From NCBI GenBank assembly GCA_964016885.1, contig OZ024760.1, positions 20,956,001 to 21,020,000 on the forward strand: DNA of 64,000 bases. Reading direction: 5' to 3'. This stretch comes from Eledone cirrhosa (lineage: Eukaryota). Positions within the stretch are counted from its first letter, which is position 1. Each line of letters begins with the position of its first letter. The notes beneath the pieces were generated by a model, which worked only from the letters and a program-made list of their open reading frames with translations, was not told where the DNA came from and searched no databases. The position numbers and the translations under genes are program-made. Positions 1 through 14,526 of the stretch are shown here, piece after piece.

Positions 1-590
1 CATATGATTAGTGCTTGGAACCTAACTTAATCCTTTCATTAACAAATATCTAATGAAATCTTTTGTATTTTAATTAATTCATGAAGAATTTAAAAAGGAT
101 TTACTAAAATTATAATTTCATTAAGCTGGTATTGTAAAGTAGAAAGTCTTTAAAATAGGTTGCTTTGTTTTATAGAAACAGAAGTGGGTTTGGACAGGTT
201 GCTATCGAAAGCATTAAAGGAACTTACATAAAATTATGATGGGAGGGTTTTAGATAAATATATACACTTTTACCCTTTTGTTTAAATATTTCTAAAGAAA
301 GACAGTAAAAATAATCAAGAATTTGGCGGGATTTAGTAATATAACTTTCTCGTTATCAAGCTGATATTTGGAATATAACTTAAAGGTTCATCATCACCGT
401 TTTACGTCCGTTCTTCCATGCTAGCATGGGTTAGACGGGTTGTCCTGTTGTGGGCAGTGTCTGGTCGACTGATCATGCCTTGCTCATACAGGAACTGATT
501 TGGCTTGATTTCTACAGCTGGATGCCCTTCTTAGATAAAATTATGACAGCAGGTTTTTTTAGATAAATATAAACACTTTAAAATGAACAT

Positions 591-790
591 TTCTGGAGAG
601 CTAAAGACGGAATTGCTAGTGAAGTTCTTTTGTGGAAGCCTACACAAGGATGAGCTAACAGAGGACAAGCCAAGACCTATATCAAGCAGATTTGTGATGA
701 CATAAACAGCAATCCCTTCGACTTGCCAAATATGATGAACAATAGAATTAGATGGTGACAGAGAGTCAAGGGACTCTATTCAAGTAGTGA
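591..790 (+). mobile_element. Decayed RTE/RTEX LINE ORF C-terminal remnant
   Basis: Manual translation FWRAKDGIASEVLLWKPTQG*ANRGQAKTYIKQICDD...LPNMMNNRIRW*QRVKG resembles the RTE C-terminal LLW-P..G...GRP..T....L..D / DR..WR pattern; it has in-frame stops. Confidence 0.65.
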
Positions 791-1489
791 TTGATTGAAA
801 ATGAACAGTATTTATATAATTAAAACCAGACGTGGTTTCAGGCATGTTCATATCAAATGGGCTAAATGAAATTTTTCTCGAAATAAAAATATTTTTCTTT
901 TTCGTTCAAAGAATTGTTAAATCGCTGATCTGGTTATATCTCAGACTGTCTAGTTATGACCTCCAAACAGTCATACAGTCATGACCTCTAGACACAGTCA
1001 TGCAGTCATGACCTCTAGACACAGCCATACAGTCGCGACCTTTAGACTACAACTTACTGGGTCTTCTTCAGTCACAAACTCAAGACCAGAGCTTCCATTA
1101 GTTTTGGGATGGGGCGGCGGCGGGGCTTAAGTATATATGCTGTACATGCTGCACTGTGGGATAAACATCTAAACAACAACATGTCCAGGGGTGAGCCAAA
1201 GAGAGAGAAATAGCAGCCAAAAGAATCTATACCAGAAGAAAGTTCTAGAGAATAAATCTCACATTGTAGTAACTATTTACAAAACTTGGCTTATTATCAA
1301 CACTTTATTTAGGTTGTCTACTTTGCTTTGTTTAACACATTTATCTCTATTTGCCTAAGTAAAGCAACGAGGCAGCCTATCAGCAGTCGCTTGACCTGCT
1401 AAAAATATCCCTCAAACCATATCCTCCACATGTTATGACACTTCAGTGCAAATACTTTCTTTTCTCTTCTATTTGAATTGTTTGATTTT

Positions 1490-3368
1490 GACAGGAGGAG
1501 CTTTTTAATCCTGTCACAGACATCTTTGGGAGAGGGAGCTCTCTTATCCTGTCACAGACAGCCTCCCTGTGAGAGGGTTGAGGGAGCTCTTTAGTCCTGT
1601 TACAGACAGCTTCCCTGTGAGAGGGTTGAGGGAGCTCTTTAGTCCTGTTACAGACAGCCTCCCTGTGAGAGGGAGCTCTTTAGTCCTGTTACAGATAACC
1701 TCCATGTGAGGGAGCTCTTTAGTCCTGTTACAGACAGCCTCTCTGTGAGAGGGAGCTCTTTAGTCCTGTTACAGATAACCTCCCTGTGAGGGAGCTCTTT
1801 AGTCCTGTTACAGATAACCTTCCTGTGAGAGGGAGCTCTTTAGTCCTGTTACAGACAGCCTCTCTGTGAGAGGGAGCTCTTTAGTCCTGTTACAGACAGC
1901 CTCTCTGTGAGAGGGAGCTCTTTAGTCCTGTTACAGACAGCCTCTCTGTGAGAGGGAGCTCTTTAGTCCTGTTACAGATAACCTCCCTGTGAGGGAGCTC
2001 TTTAGTCCTGTTACAGATAACCTCCCTGTGAGAGGGAGCTCTTTAGTCTTATTACAGATAACCTCCCTGTGAGAGGGAGCTCTTTAGTCTTATTACAGAT
2101 AACCTCCCTGTGAGGGAGCTCTTTAGTCCTGCTACAGACAGCCTCCCTGTGAGAGGGAGCTCTTTAGTCCTGTTACAGATAACCTTCCTGTGAGGGAGCT
2201 CTTTAGTCCTGTTACAGATAACCTTCCTGTGAGAGGGAGCTCTTTAGTCCTGTTACAGATAACCTCCATGTGAGAGGGAGCTCTTTAGTCCTGTTACAGA
2301 TAACCTTCCTGTGAGAGGGAGCTCTTTAGTCCTGTTACAGATAACCTCCATGTGAGAGGGAGCTCTTTAGTCCTGTTACAGATAACCTTCCCGTGAGAGG
2401 GAGCTCTTTAGTCCTGTTACAGACAGCCTTCCTGTGAGAGGGAGCTCTTTAGTCCTGTTACAGATAACCTTCCCGTGAGAGGGAGCTCTTTAGTCTTATT
2501 ACAAATAACCTCCCTGTGAGGGAGCTCTTTAGTCCTGCTACAGACAGCCTCCCTATGAGAGGGAGCTCTTTAGTCCTGTTACAGATAACCTCCCTGTGAG
2601 GGAGCTCTTTAGTCCTGTTACAGATAACCTCCCTGTGAGGGAGCTCTTTAGTCCTGCTACAGACAGCCTCCCTGTGAGAGGGAGCTCTTTAGTCTTATTA
2701 CAGATAACCTCCCTGTGAGAGGGAGCTCTTTAGTCTTATTACAGATAACCTCCCTGTGAGGGAGCTCTTTAGTCCTGCTACAGACAGCCTCCCTGTGAGA
2801 GGGAGCTCTTTAGTCCTGTTACAGATAACCTTCCTGTGAGAGGGAGCTCTTTAGTCTTATTACAGATAACCTCCATGTGAGGGAGCTCTTTAGTCCTGCT
2901 ACAGACAGCCTCCCTGTGAGAGGGAGCTCTTTAGTCTTATTACAAATAACCTCCCTGTGAGGGAGCTCTTTAGTCCTGCTACAGACAGCCTCCCTGTGAG
3001 AGGGAGCTCTTTAGTCCTGTTACAGATAACCTTCCTGTGAGAGGGAGCTCTTTAGTCCTGTTACAGATAACCTCCATGTGAGAGGGAGCTCTTTAGTCCT
3101 GTTACAGATAACCTTCCCGTGAGAGGGAGCTCTTTAGTCCAGTTACAGATAACCTCCATGTGAGAGGGAGCTCTTTAGTCCTGTTACAGATAACCTCCCT
3201 GTGAGAGAGTTGAGGGAGCTCTTTAGTCCTGTTACAGATAACCTTCCTGTGAGAGGGAGCTCTTTAGTCCAGTTACAGATAACCTTCCTGTGAGAGGGAG
3301 CTCTTTAGTCCTGTTACAGACAATCTACTTTTGAGAAAAAGTAGAGGGAGCTTTTGTCCTGTTACAGA
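1490..3368. repeat. Minisatellite, 39/41-bp unit (gagggagctctttagtcctgttacagataacctccctgtga), about 45 copies
   Basis: Directly visible tandem array with degenerate edges. Confidence 0.97.
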
Positions 3369-4679
3369 AATGGATGAATGAGGACTCCATATACAACATC
3401 ACAGGCAACCCATCTAGGAAGGCAGTAACTCCAAAATAAGAACTGTTACAGAGTAGAGAGGACCCTTTCCTCTTACTATAGACCTCTTTAGTGCTGGTAG
3501 CACAATAAAATACACCCTGTCCATGCTGTAAAGGTAGTTGGGTTTAAGAAGGGTATCTTGGGCAAGAGTCATTTACCAAAGCCTCAACCCATGTGTAGGG
3601 GGGAGATTGGGTATACAGGAACTGTTTGGAAGATCATTGGAGGACAGTACCTGTAATTTAAAGTTTCAGCCTTGTCACACACACTGTCATGTTGAATCTC
3701 CCTGAGAATGATGTCATGGGTGCAATGACAATGTCTGTGGAATGCTAGGCTATTGCATGTTTCACAAGCTGGCTGGTCTGTTGGGCAAACTACTGGAACA
3801 CTTGTCATCAAAACCAACACAGGTCCATCCTGTCACTCTGATCTACTTTTGTAATATTTGTTGGTTGTTGTTTAACCCTAGGGCGTCTCACATCCAGTAG
3901 ACCTAAGTAAGATCTAAGCTGTTGCTACTGTAAACAACCACCTCTCTCTCTCTCTCTTTCTTTTACATTTTCTAACATAGTGCAGGGGAATGGTTGCTTC
4001 TGATAGGACCCTATGGAAGGAGTGGAGTTTTTGAGTGGAGTTTTTGCGTCATTCTATTTTTAAGACTGTAGGCTGTGATTCGAGGGAGAGTTGCTGTTAT
4101 TTCTAGCAGCTAAAACAGACCATGTAGATGGAGAAATTCATGTAGTATATACCAAGCGTGTATGTAATAGCTGTTGTCAGCAACATGTATCTCTGAAACA
4201 ACCTCTACAAACTGATATTTGAGATTGTTAAATGTGTGACTAGCAACTCTGAAAAGCATTGTTGGGTCCTTTCTTCTTTCCTTCCTTCAGCCAATCTTAT
4301 ACTACTAGCAGAGTTCCATCCTGTTCCTTAGATTGTTTTGATAAGAACCAGAGAGTCTTGTCATTTTGGTAGCCAAAAAATATTTTCTCATTGCTGCTTT
4401 TTAAATTTTTATAAAATATTTTTTTTTTAATTTAAATATTTTTTTCGTAATCATTTTGTCACGAAACTGCATGCCCCGCCACCACACCCACTGGTTCTCC
4501 GACACCAAGCTGTTAGTTTTAAAATGTTTATGTATATTTATCTAAAAACCTTCTAACATAATTTCATGTAAGAACCTTTCAGAAGTTATGTTGTAAACAT
4601 CAGTTTAATAAGGAGAAAGTTAAATATATTATTACATCCCTCCAAATTCTTGATTATTTTAAAATGATTTGAAAACCAT

Positions 4680-4937
4680 AGACAGTGTCTTTCATTAGAA
4701 AGATGGTAATGAAAGGGTTAATGACATAGGTAGTGTCTTTCATTAGAAATATGGTAATGAAAGGATTAATGACAGATAGTGTATTTCATTAGAAATATGG
4801 TAATGAAAGGGTTAATGACATAGACAGTATCTTTCATTAGAAATATGGTAATGAAAGGGTTAATGACATAGACAGTGTATTTCATTAGAAATATGGTAAT
4901 GAAAGGATTAATGACAGATAGTGTATTTCATTAGAAA
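4680..4937 (-). repeat. 46-48-bp tandem repeat of the MITE terminus (about 5 copies), attached to a family-1 MITE at about 4490-4720
   Basis: Reverse complement of the unit at 37124-37688. Confidence 0.9.
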
Positions 4938-5026
4938 TCCTGCCAGGGTTAGCTTTGCCTTTCATCATTACAATGTGGAAATAAAGTACCAGTAATGCAC
5001 TGGTACTTTATTTCCAGTGCATTACT

Positions 5027-5660
5027 AGAGGGCCAACTAGAGACAGTGAGGGCCAACTAGAGCCAGTGAGGGTCAACTAGAGACAGTGGGGGTCAACTAG
5101 AGACAGTGAGGGTCAACTAGAGACAGTGAGGGTCAACTAGAGATAGTGAGGGCTAGTAAGAGTCAACTAGAGACAGTGAGGGCCAACAAGAGATAGTGAG
5201 GGCCAACAAGAGTCAACTAGAGACAGTGAGGGCCAGTAAGAGACAGTGGGGGCCAACAAGAGATATTGAGGGCCAACAAGAGTCAACCAGAGACAGTGAG
5301 GGCCAACAAGAGACAGTGAGGGCCAACAAGAGACAGTGAGGGCCAACTAGAGACAGTGAGGGCCAACTAGAGATAGTGAGGGCCAGTAAGAGACAGTGAG
5401 GGCCAACAAGAGATATTGTGAGCCAACAAGAGTCAACCAGAGACAGTGAGGGCCAACTAGAGATAGTGAGGGCCAGTAAGAGTCAACTAGAGACAGTGAG
5501 GGCCAACAAGAGATAGTGAGGGCCACCAAGAGTCAACTAGAGACAGTGAGAGCCAACAAGAGATATTGTGGGCCAACAAGAGTCAACTAGAGACAGTGAG
5601 GGCCAACAAGAGACAGTGAGGGCCAACTAGAGATAGTGAGGGCCAGTAAGAGTCAACAAG
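5027..5660. repeat. Minisatellite built from 10/20-bp subunits (gagacagtgagggccaacta)
   Basis: Visible tandem array. Confidence 0.95.
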
Positions 5661-6028
5661 GAGCAAGAACAAATGAGTACCAATAAGAACCAGCAAAAAA
5701 CAAGGAAAACCAGCAGGAGCCAGTGAGAGCCAGCAAGAACGAGAGCAAGAGCCAGCAAGAGGCTGTTGTGATAAGGTAAAAGCCAACAGAGACCTTTCTT
5801 TCAAACCTAATGTAATACAGATGTGAAGATAGAGTTGTACACGTCACCGGCTTCTTCTGCTCATTCAGAAATATGTCGTAGACAAGTAGAAACTTGTAAA
5901 CAGCAGAGAAAAAATATCACAGGACAATATTTTATTATAGAAATGTAGATAATGTCAAATGAAACCACACACACATGCATGTGGGGGGGGGGGATATATA
6001 TTATATACACACATAAATATACACATAC

Positions 6029-6080
<52 letters not shown>

Positions 6081-6491
6081 GGTGGCTGCCAACTCGTTTT
6101 CGACTACGGCCACTTCTTTATATCCATGTAGGAGAACCCCTACCGATGCACTGAACGAGTGTGACTTTTTAGTCCAGCCAGCAACTTGAAAACTCTGGTA
6201 CAAACACTACACTTGTGACAATTATTGACACATAGTGCTGGGCCCATGGTACCATGTGACGACAAGTGCAGAGATATCTCCAGATATAAAACAATGCCTG
6301 TGCCGTGAAGCTTTTATAGTGAGCAAAGGCACTGCACAAAGCCAGTCCCACTCTCTTAACCAAGATGATATTTACCAAAAAGAAGAACAAGTCAACATCA
6401 TTGGATACCGTCAGGGTTGCAGGTGTTATATCAGAGTTTTCCTTCTCCTAGAATTCTGCCTTGACAAAGGCTAAGGGGTCATCTCTCCCGG
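6081..6491 (-). mobile_element. Interspersed repeat resembling an RTE 5' region; second copy at 34787-35196
   Basis: Near-identical to 34787-35196; the minus strand carries ctaggagaaggaaaactctga, a motif I recall from RTE-clade 5' UTRs. Confidence 0.65.
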
Positions 6492-7083
6492 GTATATATA
6501 TATATACACACATACATACATATCATCACCCTCATCATCATCAACATTTATTTTATTATATATATTTCAAGGGTACCAAACCCTTGAAATATATATAATA
6601 AAATAAATATGGTTTTATAAAGATAGTTTCCATTTATTTAATATAATTGATATTATACTCCAGGAGAATACTGTAGAGTGTTTTGAATCTGTTATAAATA
6701 AATTTCTTGAATTAAATAACTTTGCTTATATATATATATATAAGTATATATATATATAATATAATACAGGGTGAAAGCAGAGATTCATTGCTTAAACTTT
6801 AATCTGTTATTTTAATAAATACATATATACACATATATAATATATATATATACACATATATAATATATATATATACACATATAATATATATATATATACA
6901 CCTATAATATATATACACCTATATAATATATAAACACATAATATATATACTCATATAATATATATATACACATATAATATATATCTATACATACACACAC
7001 ACACATGTGTGTGTGTATATATATGTGTGTGTGTATATGTGTGTATGTATATATATATATAAGTATATATATATATATACATA

Positions 7084-7120
<37 letters not shown>

Positions 7121-7283
7121 GTGTGTATGAATGTATATATGTATATATGTATATATATATATATGGTTTTATAAATATAGCTTCCATTTATTTAATATCA
7201 TTATATATATCTTTACGGGGTCGATAAAATAAAGTACCAGTAATGCACTGGGTATTTGCTGGCCTTGTGCCTAAAGTAGAAAC

Positions 7284-7337
<54 letters not shown>

Positions 7338-7418
7338 CGGTGGATTGGCAGTATCGGTAGAGGGTCGGACTCCATGCTTTGTAGTATAGAGTTACCTCCC
7401 TGTAACAATTATATATAT

Positions 7419-7738
7419 ATCATCATCATCATTTCATTTTACGTCCGCTTTTCCCTGCTTGGGAACTGATTCTGGCTTGATTTCTACAGCTGGATGCCCT
7501 TCCTAACACCAACCTCATTTACAGTGAGTGCTGGGTGCTTTTTTGCCGTGGCACCTCCACGACCACTTTACAGTGGAATGATAGGGACCCCAGTCCCTGT
7601 CATCTCATTTCTACAGCTGAGTAAACTGGAGCAATGTGAAATAAAGTGTCTTGCTCAAGGAAACAACACATCACCCGGTTTGAGAATTGAACTCACAACC
7701 TTTCAATTGCAAGGCTCTAACCACTAAGCCATGTGCCT

Positions 7739-7741
<3 letters not shown>
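7419..7741 (-). mobile_element. tRNA-derived CORE-type SINE (family A) with RTE-like (GAT)n tail
   Basis: A box tggcttagtgg, B box gttcaattc, CORE-like ccttgagcaagacacttt...ctcagctgtagaaatg; many copies in the window. Confidence 0.9.
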
Positions 7742-7784
<43 letters not shown>

Positions 7785-7944
7785 GACCACCACCACCACC
7801 ACTACTACTACTACTGTATCATCATCATCATCATCAAAGCTCTAATAAGACCAAGGTTACTATTTACAAAGCTGTTATTATCATTAAATATCACAGCTAC
7901 TTCACTGAAACTAGAAATTACTAACATTTACTGTTACATCATAA

Positions 7945-8432
7945 ATGCTGTTGTTACTGCTGTTGTTGTTACTGTTGTTGTTACTGCTGTTGTTACTGTT
8001 GTTACTGCTGTTGTTGTTACTGTTGTTGTTACTGCTGTTGTTACTGTTACTGCTGTTGTTACTGTTGTTGTTACTGTTGTTGTTACTGTTACTGCTGTTG
8101 TTACTGTTGTTGTTACTGTTGTTGTTACTGTTGTTGTTACTGTTACTGCTGTTGTTACTGTTGTTACTGTTGTTGTTACTGTTGTTGTTACTGTTACTGC
8201 TGTTGTTACTGTTGTTACTGTTGTTGTTACTGTTGTTGTTACTGCTGTTGTTAGTTACTGTTGCTGTTGTTACTGTTGTTGTTACTGTTGTTGTTACTGT
8301 TGTTGTTACTGTTGTTGTTACTGTTGTTGTTACTGTTGTTACTGTTGTTACTGTTGTTGTTACTGTTGTTCTTGTTAATATTGTTGTTGTTCTCATTGAT
8401 CTTGCTGCTGTTGTTATTGTTGTTGTTATTGT
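7945..8432. repeat. (GTT/ACT/GCT)n trinucleotide-based simple repeat
   Basis: Visible; explains the poly-L, poly-V/T and poly-N ORFs. Confidence 0.97.
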
Positions 8433-8482
8433 TATGTTTGATGTACATTGTTATGCTGTGGAGGAGGACGGTCATTATGATC

Positions 8483-9646
8483 CAACACAACCAGTACTCC
8501 AGGTACCTCCACTCAACACAACCAGTACTCCAGGTACCCCCACTCAACACAACCAGTACTCCAGGTACCTCTACTCAACACAACCAGTACTCCAGGTACC
8601 TCCACTCAACACAGCCAGTACTCCAGGTACCTCCACTCAACACAACCAGTACTCCAGGTACCTCCACTCAACACAACCAGTACTCCAGGTACCTCTACTC
8701 AACACAACCAGTACTCCAGGTACCTCTACTCAACACAACCAGTACTCCAGGTACCTCTACTCAACACAACCAGTACTCCAGGTACCTCCACTCAACACAA
8801 CCAGTACTCCAGGTACCTCTACTCAACACAACCAGTACTCCAGGTACCTCCACTCAACACAACCAGTACTCCAGGTACCTCCACTCAACACAACCAGTAC
8901 TCCAGGTACCTCTACTCAACACAACCAGTACTCCAGGTACCTCTACTCAACACAACCAGTACTCCAGGTACCCCCACACAACACAACCAGTACTCCAGGT
9001 ACCTCCCACTCAACACAACCAGTACTCCAGGTACCCCCACTCAACACAACCAGTACTCCAGGTACCCCCACACAACACAACCAGTACTCCAGGTACCTCT
9101 ACTCAACACAACCAGTACTCCAGGTACCTCCACTCAACACAACCAGTACTCCAGGTACCTCCACTCAACACAACCAGTACTCCAGGTACCTCTACTCAAC
9201 ACAACCAGTACTCCAGGTACCCCCACACAACACAACCAGTACTCCAGGTACCTCCCACTCAACACAACCAGTACTCCAGGTACCCCCACTCAACACAACC
9301 AGTACTCCAGGTACCCCCACACAACACAACCAGTACTCCAGGTACCTCCACTCAACACAACCAGTACTCCAGGTACCTCCCACTCAACACAACCAGTACT
9401 CCAGGTACCCCCACTCAACACAACCAGTACTCCAGGTACACCACTCAACACAACCACTAATCCAGGTACCCCCACACAACACAACCAGTACTCCAGGTAC
9501 CTCCACTTAACACAACCAGTACTCCAGGTACCCCCACTCAACACAACCACTAATCCAGGTCCCTCCACTCAACACAACCAGTACTCCAGGTACCTCCACT
9601 CAACACAACCAGTACTCCAGGTACCTCCACTCAACACAACCAGTAC
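8483..9646. repeat. Minisatellite, 31-bp unit (caacacaaccagtactccaggtacctccact), about 37 copies
   Basis: Visible; the ORFs repeat every 31 aa (3 units), as expected for a stop-free unit not divisible by 3. Confidence 0.97.
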
Positions 9647-9844
9647 ACTACAATTATTTAACCCTGTTGGCGCTGTAGGTGACCTCAGTCCCCGATAGAG
9701 TAATCTCCTCTAAACACGAGAAAGGAAGCAATTCATACCAAAATTCAGCCTCCTAAAGATTAATTCAAATTCTGCAAAGGTTAACTTTGCCTCTCGTCCT
9801 TACGGGCGTTCAATAAAATAAAGTACCAGTAATGCACTGGGGTA

Positions 9845-10080
9845 GGGCGGTGGATTGGCAGTATCGGTAGAGGGTCGGACGCCATGCTAGGGCGGTGGAT
9901 TGGCAGTATCGGTAGAGGGTCGGACGCCATGCTTTGACACATAGAGTTACGACCCTTGCCATTCTGAGTTCAAATCCCGCCGAGGTTAACTTTGCCTTTC
10001 ATCCTTACGGGGTCGATAAAATAAGGTACCAGTAATGTACTGGGTAATTGCTGGCCTTGTGCCTAAAGTAGAAACAATTA
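9845..10080 (+). mobile_element. tRNA-derived SINE (family B) with duplicated 5' head
   Basis: A box tggcagtatcgg, B box gttcaaatccc, body gcctttcatccttacggggtcgataaaataa(a/g)gtaccag; the head ggcggtggattggcagtatcggtagagggtcggacgccatgct occurs twice. Confidence 0.9.
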
Positions 10081-10197
10081 TTTAATTCAATTGTCTGTAA
10101 TAGACACACAGGCAGGCATCAGAGCCACCACATCACAGAGAGAGGCAAGACTGGAAGTAGTATAACCCAAATTTACTTCTATTTTGTGTTATAAATT

Positions 10198-11315
10198 TAT
10201 ATATATATACACACACACACACGCACGCACAAATATACACATGCGCGCACACACACACACCCACATATATACACATGCGCACACACACAAGCACAAATAT
10301 ACACATGTGCGCACACACACACACTCACATATATACACATGCGCACACACACAAGCACAAATATACACATGTGCGCACACACACACTCACATATATACAC
10401 ATGCGCACACACACAAGCACAAATATACACATGTGCGCACACACACACTCACATATATACACATGCGCACACACACAAGCACAAATATACACATGTGCGC
10501 ACACACACACTCACATATATACACAAGCGCACACACACAAGCACAAATATACACATGTGCGCACACACACAAACACTCACTCACATATATACACGTGTGC
10601 ACACACATACACACATATATACACATGCGCACACACACAAGCACAATATACACATGTGCACACACATCCACATATATACACATGTGCACACACACTCCCA
10701 CATATATACACATGTGCACACACTCCCACTCACATATATACACATGTGCACACACACTCACTCACTCACATATATACACATGTGCACACACACACTCACT
10801 CACATATATACACATGTGCACCCACACACACACACTCACTCACATATACACATGTGCACCCACACACACACACACTCACTCACATATACACATGTGCACA
10901 CACACACACACTCACTCACATATACACATGTGCACCCACACACACACTCACATATATACACATGTGCACCCACACACACACTCACTCACATATATACACA
11001 TGTGCACCCACACACACACTCACATATATACACATGTGCACCCACACACACACTCACTCACACATATACACATGTGCACCCACACACACACACTCACTCA
11101 CACATATACACATGTGCACACACACTCACTCATATATACACATGTGCACCCACACACACACTCACTCACATATATACACATGTGCACCCACACTCACTCA
11201 CTCACTCACATATATACACATGTGCACACACACACACACATATACACATGCACACACACATATACACATGCACACACACACATATACACACGCACACACG
11301 CACACTCACATATAT
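10198..11315. repeat. Complex CA/TA-derived minisatellite
   Basis: Visible. Confidence 0.95.
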
Positions 11316-11449
11316 AAAAGAAGGCAGTTCACCTCCAATCCAACATTGAAAGGCAGTGACATATAAAAACGACACAACGACACGTTCTACAATAGATAAC
11401 CTTTTGTAGAAGCTACATATAACATTTGCAGTTTTGGTCAGTGAAGGAA

Positions 11450-12062
11450 GGGTGAGGGTGGGGACAGAGAGTGGGGGGGGGCGCAGATTGGAGGCGACAA
11501 TGGGACGGAGAGCGGGAGTGTTGGTGGGGACTGAGGTCGGTGGTGGGTTGGGGTGCGGAGATTGGAGGGGGTGTGGGGCGGAGAGCAGGGTGTGGGGGTG
11601 GGGTGGGGGCGCAGATTGGAGGCGACAATGGGACGGAGAGCGGGAGTGTTGGTGGGGACTGAGGTCGGTGGTGGGTTGGGGTGCGGAGATTGGAGCGGGG
11701 TGTGGGGGGATAGCAGGGGGTGGGGGTGGGGGACAGAGTGTGGGGGGTGGGGTGGGAGAGCAGATTGGAGGCGACGATGGGACGGAGAGCGGGAGTGTTG
11801 GTGGGGACTGAGGTCGGAGGTGGGTGGGGTGCGGAGATTGGAGGGGATGGGGGCGGAGAGCAGGGGTGTGGGTGGGGACAGAGAGCAAAGGTGAGGGGGG
11901 GGGGGGCAAATAGTAGGGGGTGGGGGTGGACTGGGAGTGTGGGTGAGGGTGGAGGAAGGAGAGTTGGGGAGAGTGAGGTGGGGTGGGTTTGGAGAGCGGG
12001 GATGAGGGTGGAGATGGAGAGCGCGGATGAGGGCGGGGACTGTGAGCGGAGGTGTGTGGGAG
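11450..12062. repeat. G-rich region with about 3 tandem 120-150-bp units
   Basis: gcagattggaggcgac(a/g)atgggacggagagcgggagtgttggtggggactgaggtcgg occurs three times. Confidence 0.85.
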
Positions 12063-12185
12063 ACTAGAAAATAATTGGCTTGTACCTCAACCCCCCCTCA
12101 GTCACACCTCCACCTGCTCTGTTGCTAAAAACCACCACATGCACTTCTATCCACCACCACACCACCTACCTGCCCTGCAGCCAAT

Positions 12186-12340
12186 GCCCCCCACCACATC
12201 TACCTACCCACCTACAATCACCCCCACCACCACATCTACCTACCCACCTACAATCACCCCCACCACCACATCTACCTACCCACCTACAATCACCCCCACC
12301 ACCACATCTACCTACCCACCTACAATCACCCCCCCCCCCA
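12186..12340. repeat. 36-bp C-rich tandem repeat, about 4 copies
   Basis: cccccaccaccacatctacctacccacctacaatca repeated. Confidence 0.9.
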
Positions 12341-12399
12341 CTATTGTAACTACTAGTTAAAAGCAGCCAGCATCCACTTAGCAATACTAGCATCTTGTA

Positions 12400-12442
12400 A
12401 TATATACATATACACACACACATTATATATATATGTATATAT

Positions 12443-12475
<33 letters not shown>

Positions 12476-12752
12476 CACACACATATATACACACACATAT
12501 ATATATACACACACACATATATATATATATACACACACACATATATATATATATACACACACACATATATATATATATACACACACACATATATATATAT
12601 ACACACACACACACACATATATATATACACACACACACACACATATATATATACACACACACACACACATATATATATATACACACACACACACACATAT
12701 ATATATATACACACACACACACACATATATATATATACACACACACACACAC

Positions 12753-12843
<91 letters not shown>

Positions 12844-12852
12844 TATATATAT

Positions 12853-12924
<72 letters not shown>

Positions 12925-12925
12925 G
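12400..12925. repeat. Alternating (TA)n(CA)n compound microsatellite
   Basis: Visible. Confidence 0.97.
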
Positions 12926-13219
12926 TCTGTGTGTGTATAAAAATATACAAACAGTATATCCAAGAATTCTTCACCTTCAATATTCAACGATTTTTTTCTA
13001 ATTCAAAGTCACCTATGTGTGTATCTGTATGTAAATGCATACATACACACACACACACACACGCACAGATGTGTGTGTGCTGTTGCATAATATATGCGGT
13101 CAGAAAGTGCAGTGCACTCTACTGCTGCATAAAGTTTGGCAGAAACTCGAGTCCGGGAACTACTATAGGCACCCATTTATGTGTGTTGTATTGAAGTGAA
13201 TAACTGTGTGTATACTATA

Positions 13220-13440
13220 GAGGCACATGGCTTAGTGGTTAGAGCATTGGCCTTGCAATCGAAAGGTTGTGAGTTCAATTCTCAGACCGGGTGATGTGTT
13301 GTTTCCTTGGGCAAGACACTTTATTTCACATTGCTCCAGTTTACTCAGCTGTAGAAGTGAGATGATAGGGACTGGGGTCCCTATCATTCCACTGCAAAGT
13401 GGTCGTGGAGGCGCCACGGCAAAAAAAAAACACCCAGCCC
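13220..13440 (+). mobile_element. SINE family A, 3'-truncated
   Basis: Matches the head and CORE region of 29923-30308. Confidence 0.88.
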
Positions 13441-13815
13441 AACCAGGGGGCCATAGCAAGTTATTGGGGGAGCCACGGGAATTAACTAAAAATCACAAAA
13501 TTTCAGTCACCACAACTACCAGTACCCTCATACTTATTCTCCACCAACGCCACCACCACCACCACCACCACAGCACATTACCACCACTACCACACCACCC
13601 CACCATACGACACTACCATACCACCACCATATGCCCCACCACCCTCAGATATTAACCACTGCTAAGGACTCCACCCTCTTCAAATCTGTCTCTGTCTTAT
13701 GTCTATTTTATACAGCAGTGTGACTCATTGGGGAGAGGGGAGGGCTTCAAATATATTTTCTTCAATGTTGTCACACACAATAAATATATATGTATATGAG
13801 TATAATGAGTGTGTG

Positions 13816-13868
<53 letters not shown>

Positions 13869-14444
13869 GAATGTGTGTGTGTGTGTGTGTGTTTGTGTAT
13901 AAACAAGGGGGACAGCCTGTTGCACCACTGAATACAAGTCCGTCCTCAACCTGTATTGCATTAGTAATATTACATAACCTTATTAAGATGCTATCTAATG
14001 AAGTTGTGTTAGTAATTACATGATGGTAACATTATGTTAGTAATTACACCACAGAAATACGTATTAGACGGACTACAGAATAAATAAATAATATCTATAT
14101 CTCAACTTTGTATTTTTATCATTATTGTCAGTATTGGTAGAACATCAGACAGGATGCTGTATGACATAGAGTTACGGCCCTTTACGGTTTGAGTTCAAAT
14201 CCTGCCGAGATCAGCTTTGCCTTTCATCCTTACGGCGTCAATAAGCACTGAGGTCACTTTAATTGATTTTCCCCTCCCTCAAATTTGTTGGCATTGTGCC
14301 TAAAGTAGAAATCATTATTGTACGAATACGCCATTATGAATTAACAAATCCAAATTGGAAGGATACACATGCCATTGAGTCCTTGAACCTTATTACATCA
14401 TGATTTACTGACTTGAGTGTTGCATACATAGCCACAGTTAGTCA

Positions 14445-14520
<76 letters not shown>

Positions 14521-14526
<6 letters not shown>

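Noticed and set aside
1490-3368. 6-bp palindromes inside many minisatellite units (GAGCTC, GGTACC, CCATGG, CTGCAG)
   Set aside because: Such words are common by chance in 30-50-bp units, and enrichment cannot be shown without computation.
7731-9568. Long ORFs (up to 521 aa) over 7.9-9.6 kb
   Set aside because: They are translations of a trinucleotide repeat and a stop-free 31-bp minisatellite, open in several frames.
9885-9985. tRNA gene candidates (A/B boxes)
   Set aside because: These are SINE heads continuing into multi-copy SINE bodies, with no full cloverleaf.
13142-13153. GAAACTCGAGTC palindromic hammerhead half
   Set aside because: No upstream CUGANGA or stem I was found; at most a truncated relic.
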